From Bacteroidales bacterium (GTDB lineage Bacteria > Bacteroidota > Bacteroidia > Bacteroidales > UBA7960): DNA of 64,000 bases. The notes beneath the pieces were generated by a model, which saw nothing but the letters and a program-made list of their open reading frames with translations, had not been told where the DNA came from and did not search any database. The stretch covers positions 76,631 through 140,630 of the forward strand of contig SKRM01000024.1 in assembly GCA_007118495.1 (NCBI GenBank), given 5' to 3'. Position 1 is the first letter of the stretch, and each line of letters starts with the position of its first letter. This document shows, one piece after another, positions 45,024-54,865 of this stretch. The position numbers were made by a program, and so were the translations under genes.

Positions 45024-45968
45024 TTACATTATTGTAGAGAACTCAAAATGAGAGCTTATTGATTCGTGGTTATGCACCCGCTGAATTACATCGGCAAAAA
45101 GTTTAGATGCCGTCAGAACAGTTACCTTGGGACATTCTTTTTTAAGGGGGATGGTATCTGATACAATCACCTCTTCAAATGCGCTGTTGGCTATACGGTC
45201 ATAGGCCTTTCCGCTGAATACGGGGTGGGTACATACAGCACGCACGCTGTTTGCGCCCTTTTCAAGCATCATATGGCAAGCCTTGGTAATAGACCCTGCT
45301 GTGTCAATAATATCATCCACCAACACAACGTCCTTGCCCTTGACGTCACCTATGAGCGTCATGCGCTCAACCTCATTGGCCTTGACTCTTTGCTTATAGC
45401 AGATCACCAGTTCGCTATTCAAAAATTTGGCATAAGCTCCTGCACGTCTTGTACCCCCTGTATCAGGAGAAGCCATGACCAGATTGGGAAGGTTCAGCTT
45501 CTTCAGGTAGGGAACAAACAGGGCCGAGGCATACATGTGGTCAACAGGCACATCAAAAAACCCCTGTATCTGGTCAGCATGTAAGTCCATGGTAATTATC
45601 CTGTTCACACCAGCTGCAGCTAAAAGGTTTGCGATTAGTTTTGCACCAATTGAAACCCGTGGCTTATCTTTTCTGTCTTGCCTTGCAAAACCAAAATAAG
45701 GGATAACGGCAACCACCTGTTTGGCTGATGCACGTCGGGCCGCATCAATCATAAGCAACAACTCCATCAGGTTGTCAGCCGGAGGCACAGTGCTTTGTAT
45801 AATAAACACATCATTCCCCCTGAGAGTTTCTTCGAATGAGGGTTGGAATTCACCATCGGCAAAATGCTGAACCAGCTCTTTACCAAGTGGTTTTCCATAA
45901 CTTTCCGAAATTTTTTCTGCCAGGGAGCGGGAAACCGAACCAGTGAAAATCTTAACGACTGAGGCCAT
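45024..45968 (-). CDS. prs: Ribose-phosphate pyrophosphokinase
   Basis: FADGEFQPSF, YFGFARQDRK, DLHADQIQGFF and the PRPP loop VLVDDIIDTAGS. The start was set to ATG 45968. Confidence 0.9.
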   Translation of the reverse strand: MASVVKIFTGSVSRSLAEKISESYGKPLGKELVQHFADGEFQPSFEETLRGNDVFIIQSTVPPADNLMELLLMIDAARRASAKQVVAVIPYFGFARQDRKDKPRVSIGAKLIANLLAAAGVNRIITMDLHADQIQGFFDVPVDHMYASALFVPYLKKLNLPNLVMASPDTGGTRRAGAYAKFLNSELVICYKQRVKANEVERMTLIGDVKGKDVVLVDDIIDTAGSITKACHMMLEKGANSVRAVCTHPVFSGKAYDRIANSAFEEVIVSDTIPLKKECPKVTVLTASKLFADVIQRVHNHESISSHFEFSTIM

Positions 45969-46087
45969 GGAATGGTTGTTTGGGAGAAATAAGACTAATA
46001 ATCTGACAAAAGTATGAATAATATCAGAACCGTATTGAGGGCTTTGGGTGAAATGCTTATTTTTTTTGTCAGATCCAATGAAATATT

Positions 46088-46095
46088 TACCTTTG
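46088..46095 (+). promoter_or_regulatory. Candidate -7 box (TAnnTTTG) for tRNA-Leu
   Basis: TACCTTTG lies 31 nt upstream of the tRNA 5' end. Confidence 0.35.
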
Positions 46096-46126
46096 CAACC
46101 CAGCAACAGCGCTTACATCATACTTT

Positions 46127-46213
46127 GCCCGGGTGGCGGAATTGGTAGACGCGTTGGTCTCAAACACCAATGATAGCAATATCGTGCCGGTTCGATCCCG
46201 GCCCCGGGTACCA
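46127..46213 (+). tRNA. tRNA-Leu (CAA anticodon), class II with long variable arm
   Basis: Acceptor GCCCGGG/CCCGGGT, anticodon loop CTCAAAC, long variable arm, T-arm GCCGG-TTCGATC-CCGGC and an encoded CCA. Confidence 0.9.
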
Positions 46214-46255
46214 GCAATAAAAAACTCCCTGATTTTCAGGGAGTTTTTTTATTGC
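46214..46255. terminator. Bidirectional intrinsic terminator (tRNA-Leu / FtsX permease)
   Basis: Perfect palindrome GCAATAAAAAACTCCCTG-atttt-CAGGGAGTTTTTTTATTGC, with A/T runs on both sides. It sits between convergent genes. Confidence 0.7.
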
Positions 46256-46258
46256 TAT

Positions 46259-48730
46259 TTATTCGTACTGTAGCGTTTCAGCGGGATTGCGCTGCATGCT
46301 GCGCCAGGCATGATAACCTACCGCGAGAAAAGTAATAAAACTTGCCGCAAACATCGCAAACAAAAATGGCCACATGGTTAAACTGGTGCTATAGGCAAAT
46401 CCATCAAGCCATTGACCCATAAAATACCAGGCCAAAGACGTGGCCACGACAAAGGCAGTAATTAAAAGCCATAAAAATTCACGATTCAGCATGAAGATCA
46501 CATCACCAAGTCTGGCACCCAATACTTTTCTGACGCCAATCTCCCGGGTACGTTGTTCTGCAGCATAGGCTGACAAGCCATACACCCCCATAAATGAAAT
46601 GATGATACACAGCAATGCAAATGCGCCAAAAAAAGTACTTAACACCTGCTGTGATTGATATAGCCCAGAAATGGCTTCATCCAGAAAATAATAAACAAGT
46701 GGGTTATTGGGCGCAAAAGAATTCCAGGCCCGCTCAATGGCACTTACAGCTGCCGGAATGTCAGAGTCCGTGACTTTAACCAAAAGAAAGTTACCCCTGT
46801 CTTCCATGGGAAACATCAACAATGGTTCGACAGGTTTGGTCAGTGAGGTATAGTGAAAATCCCTCACAACACCTACAACACGTCTGTCATACCCTGAATA
46901 CTCTGACAAAAGGTAGTTGGCCTGAATAGATTTGCCGATGGGGTCATCCCATCCAAATTGCCTTACAGCGGTTTCATTTACCACGATGGCCTCGCCTAAA
47001 TCAGTGCGCAGATCCCAGTCAAAAAAACGCCCGGTCACAATTTCCATTTCCATAAAGCCTTTAAAGTCAGGCGATACCTGAGCATAGTTAAGTGAAAACA
47101 TCTGATATCCATCTTCCGTTTCAATTTCAAGTGAGTTTTGTATGGTATAAAGAGATGGAAAATAGTTTGAGACGGTCGCATCCCTAACCAGTGGGTTCTG
47201 CAAGAGCATATTTTTCAGCACCCCTGCCCTGTTCACATTGACATCATCCTGCATTTCAATAATCATCACATGTTCATAATCATATCCAAGGTCTTTGCTG
47301 TTTATATATCGTAACTGACTGTTGACCACCAAGGTTGAGGCGACCATAAAAACGGAAATAATGAACTGTACAACAATCAGGATTTTTTTGAGTGACATGG
47401 CACCACTGCCGGGCGAAAACCGTTTTGTTAGTACACTGACAGGTGAATATGAAGAAAAATACACTGAAGGGTACACCCCGGCCACCAATCCAACAAAAAC
47501 GGCTATCCCCAGCAAAAAAATCAGGATTTGTGGATTGGACACCACACTGGTGGTAATGGCCACACCTAACAGGGAGTTTACTGAGGGAAGCATAATCTCA
47601 ACCAGCACCAGCGCTATAATCAGTGCAGCCATGGTGGTCACGACAGACTCCGCCATAAACTGTTTAATAAGCTGATGCCTGTCTGCGCCCATAACTTTTC
47701 TTACCCCTACTTCTTTGCTGCGTTTGTGAAACCTGCTTATGGCCAGATTTGTATAATTTATTGACGCTACAAGCAACAAAAACAAGGCAATAACAGAGAA
47801 AATACCCACCATCTCAGGGCTCATCATGGTTACTGCCCCCGTTTCAGAAGTCATTTCATATTCCATTTTTGATTGCAGGTGTATGGTATGTAAGGGCTGA
47901 AACTTCAGGCTGCTGCTTGACTGTACCATGTCTTCCATTTCAGCCAGATGTTCCTGGTAAAAACCTTCCCAGTGTGTGTCCATAAAAACAGCTGGATCAA
48001 AACCATCTACCGTGTGCAAATAGACCCAGCAGACCCGGCTTAAAAAGTTATTTTCAAAAATGGCCCAGGAGGCCCCGGGGCCGAAAGCTGATTCAAATAA
48101 AGTTCGCATATGGGCCAGGGTACTCATTGAAAGCAGACCTTCAAACTGAACATGGCTGTTCACCGGAGGATCTTCAACCACCGCTGTTACCTGTACCCCA
48201 CCCAAACCTTCAACTTGCAAGGTTACCCCGGTGGGATCACCATGGCCAAAATACCTTTCAGCCATGCTTTTGGTCATCACAATTGAAAAAGGTTCCTGCA
48301 GCGCAGTTTGTATGTTTCCATAAATAAATTCAAAGTGAAAAAAATCAAAGAATGTTGAGTCGGCAGCAAACACACCAGATTCGTGAAAGCTTCTATCTCC
48401 ATGCCGGTAAACCATATTCCTGAAGAAAAAACTCAGCGGAAATATGCGTGTTGAATTTTTGATTTCAGGAAACTGTGACTCCATAAGAGGTGCGAGCGGA
48501 AAAGAGTTGACGGCTAATCCGATCTCATCACCACCTGTATTGCTAATGGTAGCCAGCCGGTACTTATTCTGATAATCTTCATGGTAGCGGTCATAACTCA
48601 GTTCAAACTGCAGAAAAAGTATGATCAGCAGTGCACCGGCCATACTTACTGCCAAACCAACCACATTGATGAGAGAATATTGTTTCTCACGGATCAAACG
48701 TCTTAGTCCAATTTTAAAATCTGTTCGCAT
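46259..48730 (-). CDS. ABC transporter permease, FtsX/MacB type (two FtsX modules)
   Basis: 823 aa. The N-terminus is ...YSLINVVGLAVSMA, there are two 4-TM FtsX-like blocks separated by large extracytoplasmic domains, and the C-terminus is NPAETLQYE. Confidence 0.85.
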   Translation of the reverse strand: MRTDFKIGLRRLIREKQYSLINVVGLAVSMAGALLIILFLQFELSYDRYHEDYQNKYRLATISNTGGDEIGLAVNSFPLAPLMESQFPEIKNSTRIFPLSFFFRNMVYRHGDRSFHESGVFAADSTFFDFFHFEFIYGNIQTALQEPFSIVMTKSMAERYFGHGDPTGVTLQVEGLGGVQVTAVVEDPPVNSHVQFEGLLSMSTLAHMRTLFESAFGPGASWAIFENNFLSRVCWVYLHTVDGFDPAVFMDTHWEGFYQEHLAEMEDMVQSSSSLKFQPLHTIHLQSKMEYEMTSETGAVTMMSPEMVGIFSVIALFLLLVASINYTNLAISRFHKRSKEVGVRKVMGADRHQLIKQFMAESVVTTMAALIIALVLVEIMLPSVNSLLGVAITTSVVSNPQILIFLLGIAVFVGLVAGVYPSVYFSSYSPVSVLTKRFSPGSGAMSLKKILIVVQFIISVFMVASTLVVNSQLRYINSKDLGYDYEHVMIIEMQDDVNVNRAGVLKNMLLQNPLVRDATVSNYFPSLYTIQNSLEIETEDGYQMFSLNYAQVSPDFKGFMEMEIVTGRFFDWDLRTDLGEAIVVNETAVRQFGWDDPIGKSIQANYLLSEYSGYDRRVVGVVRDFHYTSLTKPVEPLLMFPMEDRGNFLLVKVTDSDIPAAVSAIERAWNSFAPNNPLVYYFLDEAISGLYQSQQVLSTFFGAFALLCIIISFMGVYGLSAYAAEQRTREIGVRKVLGARLGDVIFMLNREFLWLLITAFVVATSLAWYFMGQWLDGFAYSTSLTMWPFLFAMFAASFITFLAVGYHAWRSMQRNPAETLQYE

Positions 48731-48815
48731 GTGCTTATCTTTTTATTTTGCTGCGGTTATCACCTGTTTAGTGACACCAACAGCCATATTACCAAACTTG
48801 CTGCTTCAATCAAAG

Positions 48816-48970
48816 CTATTCATATTTCAGGGCTTCTACCGGATTTGCGCCGACAGCATGATCAGAATGGCCGAAGCCAGTCTGACAGACAAACCCATGA
48901 CATTTATGGCTGAGTAGAGTGCGTTTTTCTTAAAACTCCTCCAGGCAACAATGAAAAAATTGTGAAGCAT
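48816..48970 (-). pseudogene. Deletion relic of a third FtsX/MacB-type permease gene
   Basis: ATG 48970 opens MLHNFFIVAWRSFKKNALYSAINVMGLSVRLASAILIMLSAQ, a typical permease N-terminus, and stops at TAG 48836-48838. A shifted frame then reads ANPVEALKYE*, the family C-terminus, ending at 48816. Confidence 0.6.
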
Positions 48971-49217
48971 ATGATCATTATTTTGGGGATTGGCTGATTG
49001 GTTTTACAGACAAAAATAAACAAACATCATGCAAAACAAGATATAGTACTTAGTGATAGATACTTATTACAATATAGCCCATAGAAAGGATGGCAATGCA
49101 CTGAACAGTAACGCACACATTTGTCCGCTTACGGACAGCCATGTGAGCCTGCAGTTATTTGGAATGAAGCAATATTTTCCATAAATTAGCTGTTTTGTGA
49201 AACCAAAACCCATCACC

Positions 49218-49793
49218 ATGACACATGTTCTACCCAAATTACCCTACTCACCCGAAGCACTTGAACCACATATTTCCAAAAAAACCATTGAGTATCACTA
49301 TGGGAAGCATCATATGACCTATGTGAAAAAACTCAATGATCTGATCCCTGACACACCTTTTGAGGAGGAGCCCCTGGAAGATATTATAAAGAAATCGGAT
49401 GGTGCAATTTTTAACAATGCAGCCCAGGTATGGAACCATACCTTTTTCTGGGAAGGCCTTTCGCCAAACGGTGGCGGGCAGCCCGAGGGTGAGCTTCTGG
49501 AGGCCATTCAGGAGGCTTTTGGATCATTTGAAAAATTCCAGGAAGAATTTTCACAGGCAGCCATCACATTATTTGGTTCGGGTTGGGCCTGGCTGGTAAA
49601 AAACAAAGAAGGCAAATTGAAGATCATTCAGACCACCAATGCAGGAAACCCCTTGGTTGATGGCTATCAGCCGCTTTTAACCTGTGATGTCTGGGAGCAT
49701 GCCTATTATCTTGATTATCAAAACCGCCGTCCTGAATTTGTTTCTGCATTCTGGAAGCTGATTGACTGGAAGCGGGTGGCAGAACGCATGTGA
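49218..49793 (+). CDS. sodB: Fe/Mn superoxide dismutase
   Basis: LPKLPYSPEALEPHISKKTIEYHYGKHH, AQVWNHTFFW and DVWEHAYYLDYQNRRP. The start was set to ATG 49218. Confidence 0.9.
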   Translation: MTHVLPKLPYSPEALEPHISKKTIEYHYGKHHMTYVKKLNDLIPDTPFEEEPLEDIIKKSDGAIFNNAAQVWNHTFFWEGLSPNGGGQPEGELLEAIQEAFGSFEKFQEEFSQAAITLFGSGWAWLVKNKEGKLKIIQTTNAGNPLVDGYQPLLTCDVWEHAYYLDYQNRRPEFVSAFWKLIDWKRVAERM

Positions 49794-49882
49794 CAACCAC
49801 ATCTGTCTCTATTTCAGATACTTAAAAAACGTTAAAGGGTGTTAAATTGTGTTAAACATGCCCTTTATCGTTATTTCCCGTT

Positions 49883-49890
49883 TACTTTTG
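49883..49890 (+). promoter_or_regulatory. Candidate -7 box (TAnnTTTG) for the HK/RR pair
   Basis: TACTTTTG lies 83 nt upstream of ATG 49974. Confidence 0.3.
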
Positions 49891-49973
49891 TATACAAATA
49901 ATTATTGGTTTACCTGCCAAAGGCACTCCAACACGAAAATTTGTAATCCGGGGTCATATTTGTTAAACGCCTG

Positions 49974-51536
49974 ATGAAAAAGAGACTGATCATAATTGTC
50001 ATCATTGCCATTACCGTATCTCTTTTGGGGTTGGTAGGCATTCAGCTTTACTGGATACGCAATGCTGTGGCAATTAAAGAAGTTAATTTTGAGCGTAGCG
50101 TCAGTGAAGCAGTTTCACGAGCCATTGATAAGTTCAACAAACAAGAATTGACCCGTAAGCTCTTGCGGGAACAGCAGAGAGGTAATTATATGGGATCGCT
50201 GAGTCAGATGCTCGACTCACTGAACAGATATTATTACGATCGCATCTTTTCACAAATCGACGAACTCCCCGGGCAGCCTGGAGAAACAAGGGGGTTTTTC
50301 TGGCAAGAATTTGGTTTACACAGCCAGGACCACTCAGGTTATTTGCCTGAATCAAACTACCATTTTTCAGAAGATCCGTTTGGGGCCTTTTTTGAACGCA
50401 GCAGAATTATCAACGATTTGTTCGATGAACTCTTTACCAGCCGTTATACATTTCAAGTATCTGATGAAGAGAGTATTTCTGATCTCGACTCTCTGATTGC
50501 CTATGAGTTGCACAACCAGGGAATTAATACTCCATATGAGTTTGGCATCTATAATCCGGTGCGACATATGCTGGTAAAAGAAAAAACGGGTCATTACAGT
50601 GATGCATTGATCCATAGTCCCTTTGCCTTCCACCTTTTCCCAAACGATATTTTTATTAACCCAGAATATCTGCTGATCCACTTTCCACAGCAGGATCGGT
50701 ACATCCTTTCCCATTTGAATGCCATGTTGGGCACATCAATTTTACTGATCCTGGTTATCATCTCTTCATTTGCTATCACCATACTGACGGTAATAAGGCA
50801 AAAGAGGCTCTCTGTGATGAAAAATGATTTCATCAACAACATGACCCATGAACTGAAAACCCCCATATCGACAATCTCACTCGCGTGTCAGGCACTCAGT
50901 GACCAGGACGTTCAAAAATCAGAAGTTTTGTACCAAAACTATATCAATGTCATTAATGAAGAAAACGAACGGCTGGGCTTGCTAACTGAGAAAGTGCTTC
51001 AAACCGCCCTGATTGAGAAGGCAAAAATTCGATTAAACATTACTGGTCTTGACCTTCACGAACTCATCGACAATGCCATCAGCAAAATCGGACTACAGGT
51101 TCAGTCAAGGCATGGAAACATCACCAAATCTCTGACAGCAGATTACAGTTATGTGATGGCCGATAAGATCCATCTGACCAATGTGTTTTCAAACCTGCTT
51201 GACAATGCCAACAAATACTCATCCCACGCACCTGAGATCTTTGTGCGCACAGAGAATTACAGCAGGGGTGTAGTAGTACATATCCAGGATCAGGGAATTG
51301 GGATCAGTCGGATAAATCAAAAGAAAATTTTTGATAACTTGTACCGCGTTTCAACAGGAAATCTCCACGATGTTAAAGGGTTTGGCCTGGGTCTGAGTTA
51401 TGTCAAGGCCATTGTAGAACAACATGGTGGCCATATTTCACTGCATAGTGAGCCCAATAAGGGATCCTGTTTTACCGTTCATATCCCTTTTGGCTATGAT
51501 GGAAAAACCACAGAACCCAGGCTAAACAACAACTAA
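49974..51536 (+). CDS. Sensor histidine kinase (TM-periplasmic-TM-HisKA-HATPase_c), RprX-like
   Basis: Two TM helices flank a ~215-aa extracytoplasmic domain. H-box is MTHELKTPIS, with N/G boxes NLLDNANKY, DQGIGI and GFGLGL. Confidence 0.85.
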   Translation: MKKRLIIIVIIAITVSLLGLVGIQLYWIRNAVAIKEVNFERSVSEAVSRAIDKFNKQELTRKLLREQQRGNYMGSLSQMLDSLNRYYYDRIFSQIDELPGQPGETRGFFWQEFGLHSQDHSGYLPESNYHFSEDPFGAFFERSRIINDLFDELFTSRYTFQVSDEESISDLDSLIAYELHNQGINTPYEFGIYNPVRHMLVKEKTGHYSDALIHSPFAFHLFPNDIFINPEYLLIHFPQQDRYILSHLNAMLGTSILLILVIISSFAITILTVIRQKRLSVMKNDFINNMTHELKTPISTISLACQALSDQDVQKSEVLYQNYINVINEENERLGLLTEKVLQTALIEKAKIRLNITGLDLHELIDNAISKIGLQVQSRHGNITKSLTADYSYVMADKIHLTNVFSNLLDNANKYSSHAPEIFVRTENYSRGVVVHIQDQGIGISRINQKKIFDNLYRVSTGNLHDVKGFGLGLSYVKAIVEQHGGHISLHSEPNKGSCFTVHIPFGYDGKTTEPRLNNN

Positions 51537-51546
51537 CAAACAACCC

Positions 51547-52260
51547 ATGGAAAAGCACAAGATCAAGATACTGTTGGCTGAGGACGATCAAAATCTCGGC
51601 ACAATTCTTAAAGCATACCTGGAAGCCAAGGGATTCCCCACGACACTATGCCCTGACGGTCAAAAAGCCTTTGATGCCTTCATCAATGAAAATTTCAACT
51701 TCTGCATTCTCGACGTTATGATGCCGGTAAAAGATGGTTTTACCCTTGCCAAAGATATTCGCAAGGTTGATAAAAAGGTACCCATTCTATTCCTCACTGC
51801 AAAGAATCTTCAGGAAGATATTCTTGAGGGATTGAAGCTGGGAGCAGATGACTATCTGACCAAGCCCTTCAGCATGGAAGAACTTCTGTTGAGGATAAAC
51901 GCAATTTACAGAAGGGCTTTTGACGGAGAACTCAGAGGTTCTGAAAAAACCTTTTTCAGGATTGGACAGTATAGTTTTGACTATGCCCGCCAGATTCTGA
52001 AAATTGAAAACCAGGAACAAAAACTAACCTCAAAAGAAGCCCAGCTTCTGAAAATGCTTTGCGACCGCGTCAATGATGTGCTTGACAGGTCTGAGGCCCT
52101 GAATAAGATCTGGCTTGACGACAATTACTTCAATGCCCGAAGCATGGATGTATATATTGCAAAACTCAGAAAATACCTGAAAGACGACCCCCAGGTTGAA
52201 CTACTCAATGTCCATGGTAAAGGTTTCAAACTTCTGGTCACTGAAGACAGGATCACTTAA
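51547..52260 (+). CDS. OmpR/PhoB-family response regulator (REC + winged helix), RprY-like
   Basis: ILLAEDD, ILDVMMP, LTKPF, and a C-terminal trans_reg_C domain (LTSKEAQLLKML...VHGKGFKL). Confidence 0.9.
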   Translation: MEKHKIKILLAEDDQNLGTILKAYLEAKGFPTTLCPDGQKAFDAFINENFNFCILDVMMPVKDGFTLAKDIRKVDKKVPILFLTAKNLQEDILEGLKLGADDYLTKPFSMEELLLRINAIYRRAFDGELRGSEKTFFRIGQYSFDYARQILKIENQEQKLTSKEAQLLKMLCDRVNDVLDRSEALNKIWLDDNYFNARSMDVYIAKLRKYLKDDPQVELLNVHGKGFKLLVTEDRIT

Positions 52261-52271
52261 AGTATCCTGTT

Positions 52272-54647
52272 TTATTCATACTTAAGAATAGTACCAGGAT
52301 TTACCAGAGAAACTTTTATTGCGTGGTAAGCCACCGTCAGCACAGTTACCGCGCCTGTGATTAATGCTGCAGCCAGAAACGGATAAAACCCCAAATGAAT
52401 TCGGTATGGGAACCCATTAAGCCAATCACTGAGCAGCAACCATGAAACCGGAGCAGCAATAAGGAAAGCCAGGCCAAGCAGTTTCAGAAAATCTATGAGC
52501 ATTAAATAAACCATATGATTCATTTGTGCACCCATGACCTTACGCACTGCCATTTCACGCAACCGCCTTTCAGCCATAAATGAAGAGAGTCCAAGCATAC
52601 CCAGACTTGCGATCAGAATGGCAAATGTGGTGAAAATAAAAAAGACAGACCTGAGTTGCCTCTCGGTGGTGTATCGCTGGCCATACAGTTCATCCATAAA
52701 CTGGTACTGGAATAACCTGGCTCCTGAAAATTCATTAAATACGCGCTCTACGTGCCTGACTCCCTGAGCAAACTGGCTCATATCCATCAGAATATTGGCA
52801 TAAAAGGCATTCTCCTCATCCCAGAAAATTACAAGCGGAGGCACCTGATGGTGCAGAGAATTGAAGTGAAAGTCAGGCACAATACCTATAATCCTGTAAT
52901 CATCACCTGACGAAGAATCTTCATAAAAACTAAGATCTATGATATCCTGATAACTCCCTTCGTAGCCGAAATACCTCACAGCAGTTTCATTAAGAATAAC
53001 CACAGCACCTTGTTCAGCAAGGTTCTCCTCGTCAAAAAGTCTGCCTGCCAGTGGCTCTACACCAAGTAATGGCAGATAGCGGGCATCAACCATCAAGGCA
53101 GTAAATTGCTGAGACTCCTCCAGATTTCCCCGTGCAGATTCCTGCCAGGTAACATAGCCGGGCACTTGTGAAGACAAGGCAGTTCCAACCACAGAGGGAT
53201 GGTCCAGCAGCCTTTCTCTGAAAGTATTCCAACGTGGAAATGAATGCTGATTCAATTGAAAATGAATAATTCCTTCCATGCGGAATCCCAGGTCTTTATT
53301 TTCCATATACCTGAGTTGATCTGATATTACAAAACTGGAAACAATAAGACTTATGGAAATAACAAATTGAAACACAATGAGAAACTTTCTGAAAGCAGCA
53401 CCTCTGCGTCCCCTGACAAGCTGCCCCTTGAGAACATCAACAGGAACAACCGAAGTCATATAAATGGACGGATACAACCCAGCCAATAAACCAACCGACA
53501 CCGTACCCAGGACAAGAATCGACACCAGTTTGACCCATCCTATATCTCTTATGACAAGTGAAATGGAAACAAAATCTCTAAACCATGGAAAACCAATTTC
53601 AACCAATATCAGGGCTAACAGTACTGACACCGCCGTGATAACAACTGATTCAGAGAGAAATTGTATAATCAGCTTGCCGCGGGGGCTCCCTAAAAGCCTT
53701 TTTACGCCCACTTCTCGCGCACGGGCAGCAGACCTTGCAGTAGAAAGATTAATAAAGTTTACCACTGCTATCAGCAAAATGAACAAAGCAATGGCAAGGA
53801 AAAGCTGAATGGTTTCCCGATTAGCTGAAAGCACCGGCGAAATATGACGTATGTCATTGGCAAAATAGATTCCGGTTAAAGGACGCAAAAAGAAGGTGCG
53901 ATCCATTTCCATTCCAAAAAGCTCATAAATCTCGCGGTGAAAAAGTTCATTGATTTTATGGCCAAAAGCTTCAGTGTCTGTTCCCGATTTGAGTTTCACA
54001 TAAGTCATATAATTCCATGATCCCCAATTGTGTAAAAAATTATCAATTCCGGGGTTGAAGTCGGCCAGCAAATGAAACGGAGACAAGGCACCTACTTCAA
54101 TATGAAAGTGCGACACATCCCTGATTACCCCCGTCACCACCAAGTCTTTGAAGTCATTAAAACGTATGGTCATACCAGCCACACGATTTGTCCCAAAAAT
54201 CCGCATGGCCACTGATTCGGTAAGCACCACCGATGCTGGCTCTTTAAGCGCGTACCCGGGGTTTCCTGTGATAAATTCAAAGGGAAAAACTTCAAAAACA
54301 GTGCTATCTGCAAACACCCAATGGTTAACAGCATGAACATCGTCCTGAAAGGCCACATTGGCAGGATATCCACTGGTTGAGATCCTGGTGAAATCTTCAA
54401 CTTCAGGAAAGTTCTTTTTCATGTATGGGCCATAAGCTGTACCAAGCAAAGCCCAGTCATCGAGCTCAAGCCGGTAAACCCTGTCGCGGTCATTAACCCA
54501 GCGGTCGAAAGCATATTGGTCGACAAGATAGATGGATAAGAAAAAGAAAACAGCCATGCCCAATGAAAAACCAATAATATTGATGGCACTGTAAAAGCGT
54601 TGGTTTTGCAAAACCCGCACGGCCATTTTAAATTGGGAAGCAATCAT
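52272..54647 (-). CDS. ABC transporter permease, FtsX/MacB type (two FtsX modules)
   Basis: 791 aa and a paralog of 46259-48730. The N-terminus is ...FYSAINIIGFSLGMA and the C-terminus is NPGTILKYE. Confidence 0.85.
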   Translation of the reverse strand: MIASQFKMAVRVLQNQRFYSAINIIGFSLGMAVFFFLSIYLVDQYAFDRWVNDRDRVYRLELDDWALLGTAYGPYMKKNFPEVEDFTRISTSGYPANVAFQDDVHAVNHWVFADSTVFEVFPFEFITGNPGYALKEPASVVLTESVAMRIFGTNRVAGMTIRFNDFKDLVVTGVIRDVSHFHIEVGALSPFHLLADFNPGIDNFLHNWGSWNYMTYVKLKSGTDTEAFGHKINELFHREIYELFGMEMDRTFFLRPLTGIYFANDIRHISPVLSANRETIQLFLAIALFILLIAVVNFINLSTARSAARAREVGVKRLLGSPRGKLIIQFLSESVVITAVSVLLALILVEIGFPWFRDFVSISLVIRDIGWVKLVSILVLGTVSVGLLAGLYPSIYMTSVVPVDVLKGQLVRGRRGAAFRKFLIVFQFVISISLIVSSFVISDQLRYMENKDLGFRMEGIIHFQLNQHSFPRWNTFRERLLDHPSVVGTALSSQVPGYVTWQESARGNLEESQQFTALMVDARYLPLLGVEPLAGRLFDEENLAEQGAVVILNETAVRYFGYEGSYQDIIDLSFYEDSSSGDDYRIIGIVPDFHFNSLHHQVPPLVIFWDEENAFYANILMDMSQFAQGVRHVERVFNEFSGARLFQYQFMDELYGQRYTTERQLRSVFFIFTTFAILIASLGMLGLSSFMAERRLREMAVRKVMGAQMNHMVYLMLIDFLKLLGLAFLIAAPVSWLLLSDWLNGFPYRIHLGFYPFLAAALITGAVTVLTVAYHAIKVSLVNPGTILKYE

Positions 54648-54865
54648 GTCAAGCTTTTTTAAGTTCTCGCCGGCTTACATAACCCAATATTTGTTCCAAA
54701 TAATTTAATCCACTAATTTTCATAATTTTACCTAAATAATTGATAAAAAAAACACCCCAAACAATGTGCGGCACAGGACAACTGTGTCCGTATACGGGCA
54801 CAAACAGCCCCTTTCCGGAAACTTTTTGGGGGGCAAAGTTGTTAAGTAGACTTAAAGCATATTCG

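Noticed and set aside
49043-49066. A direct repeat ATAGTACTTA / ATAGATACTTA about 150 nt upstream of sodB, considered as a regulator binding site.
   Set aside because: It is short, imperfect and AT-rich. It lies in DNA that may simply be leftover upstream sequence of the deleted permease gene.
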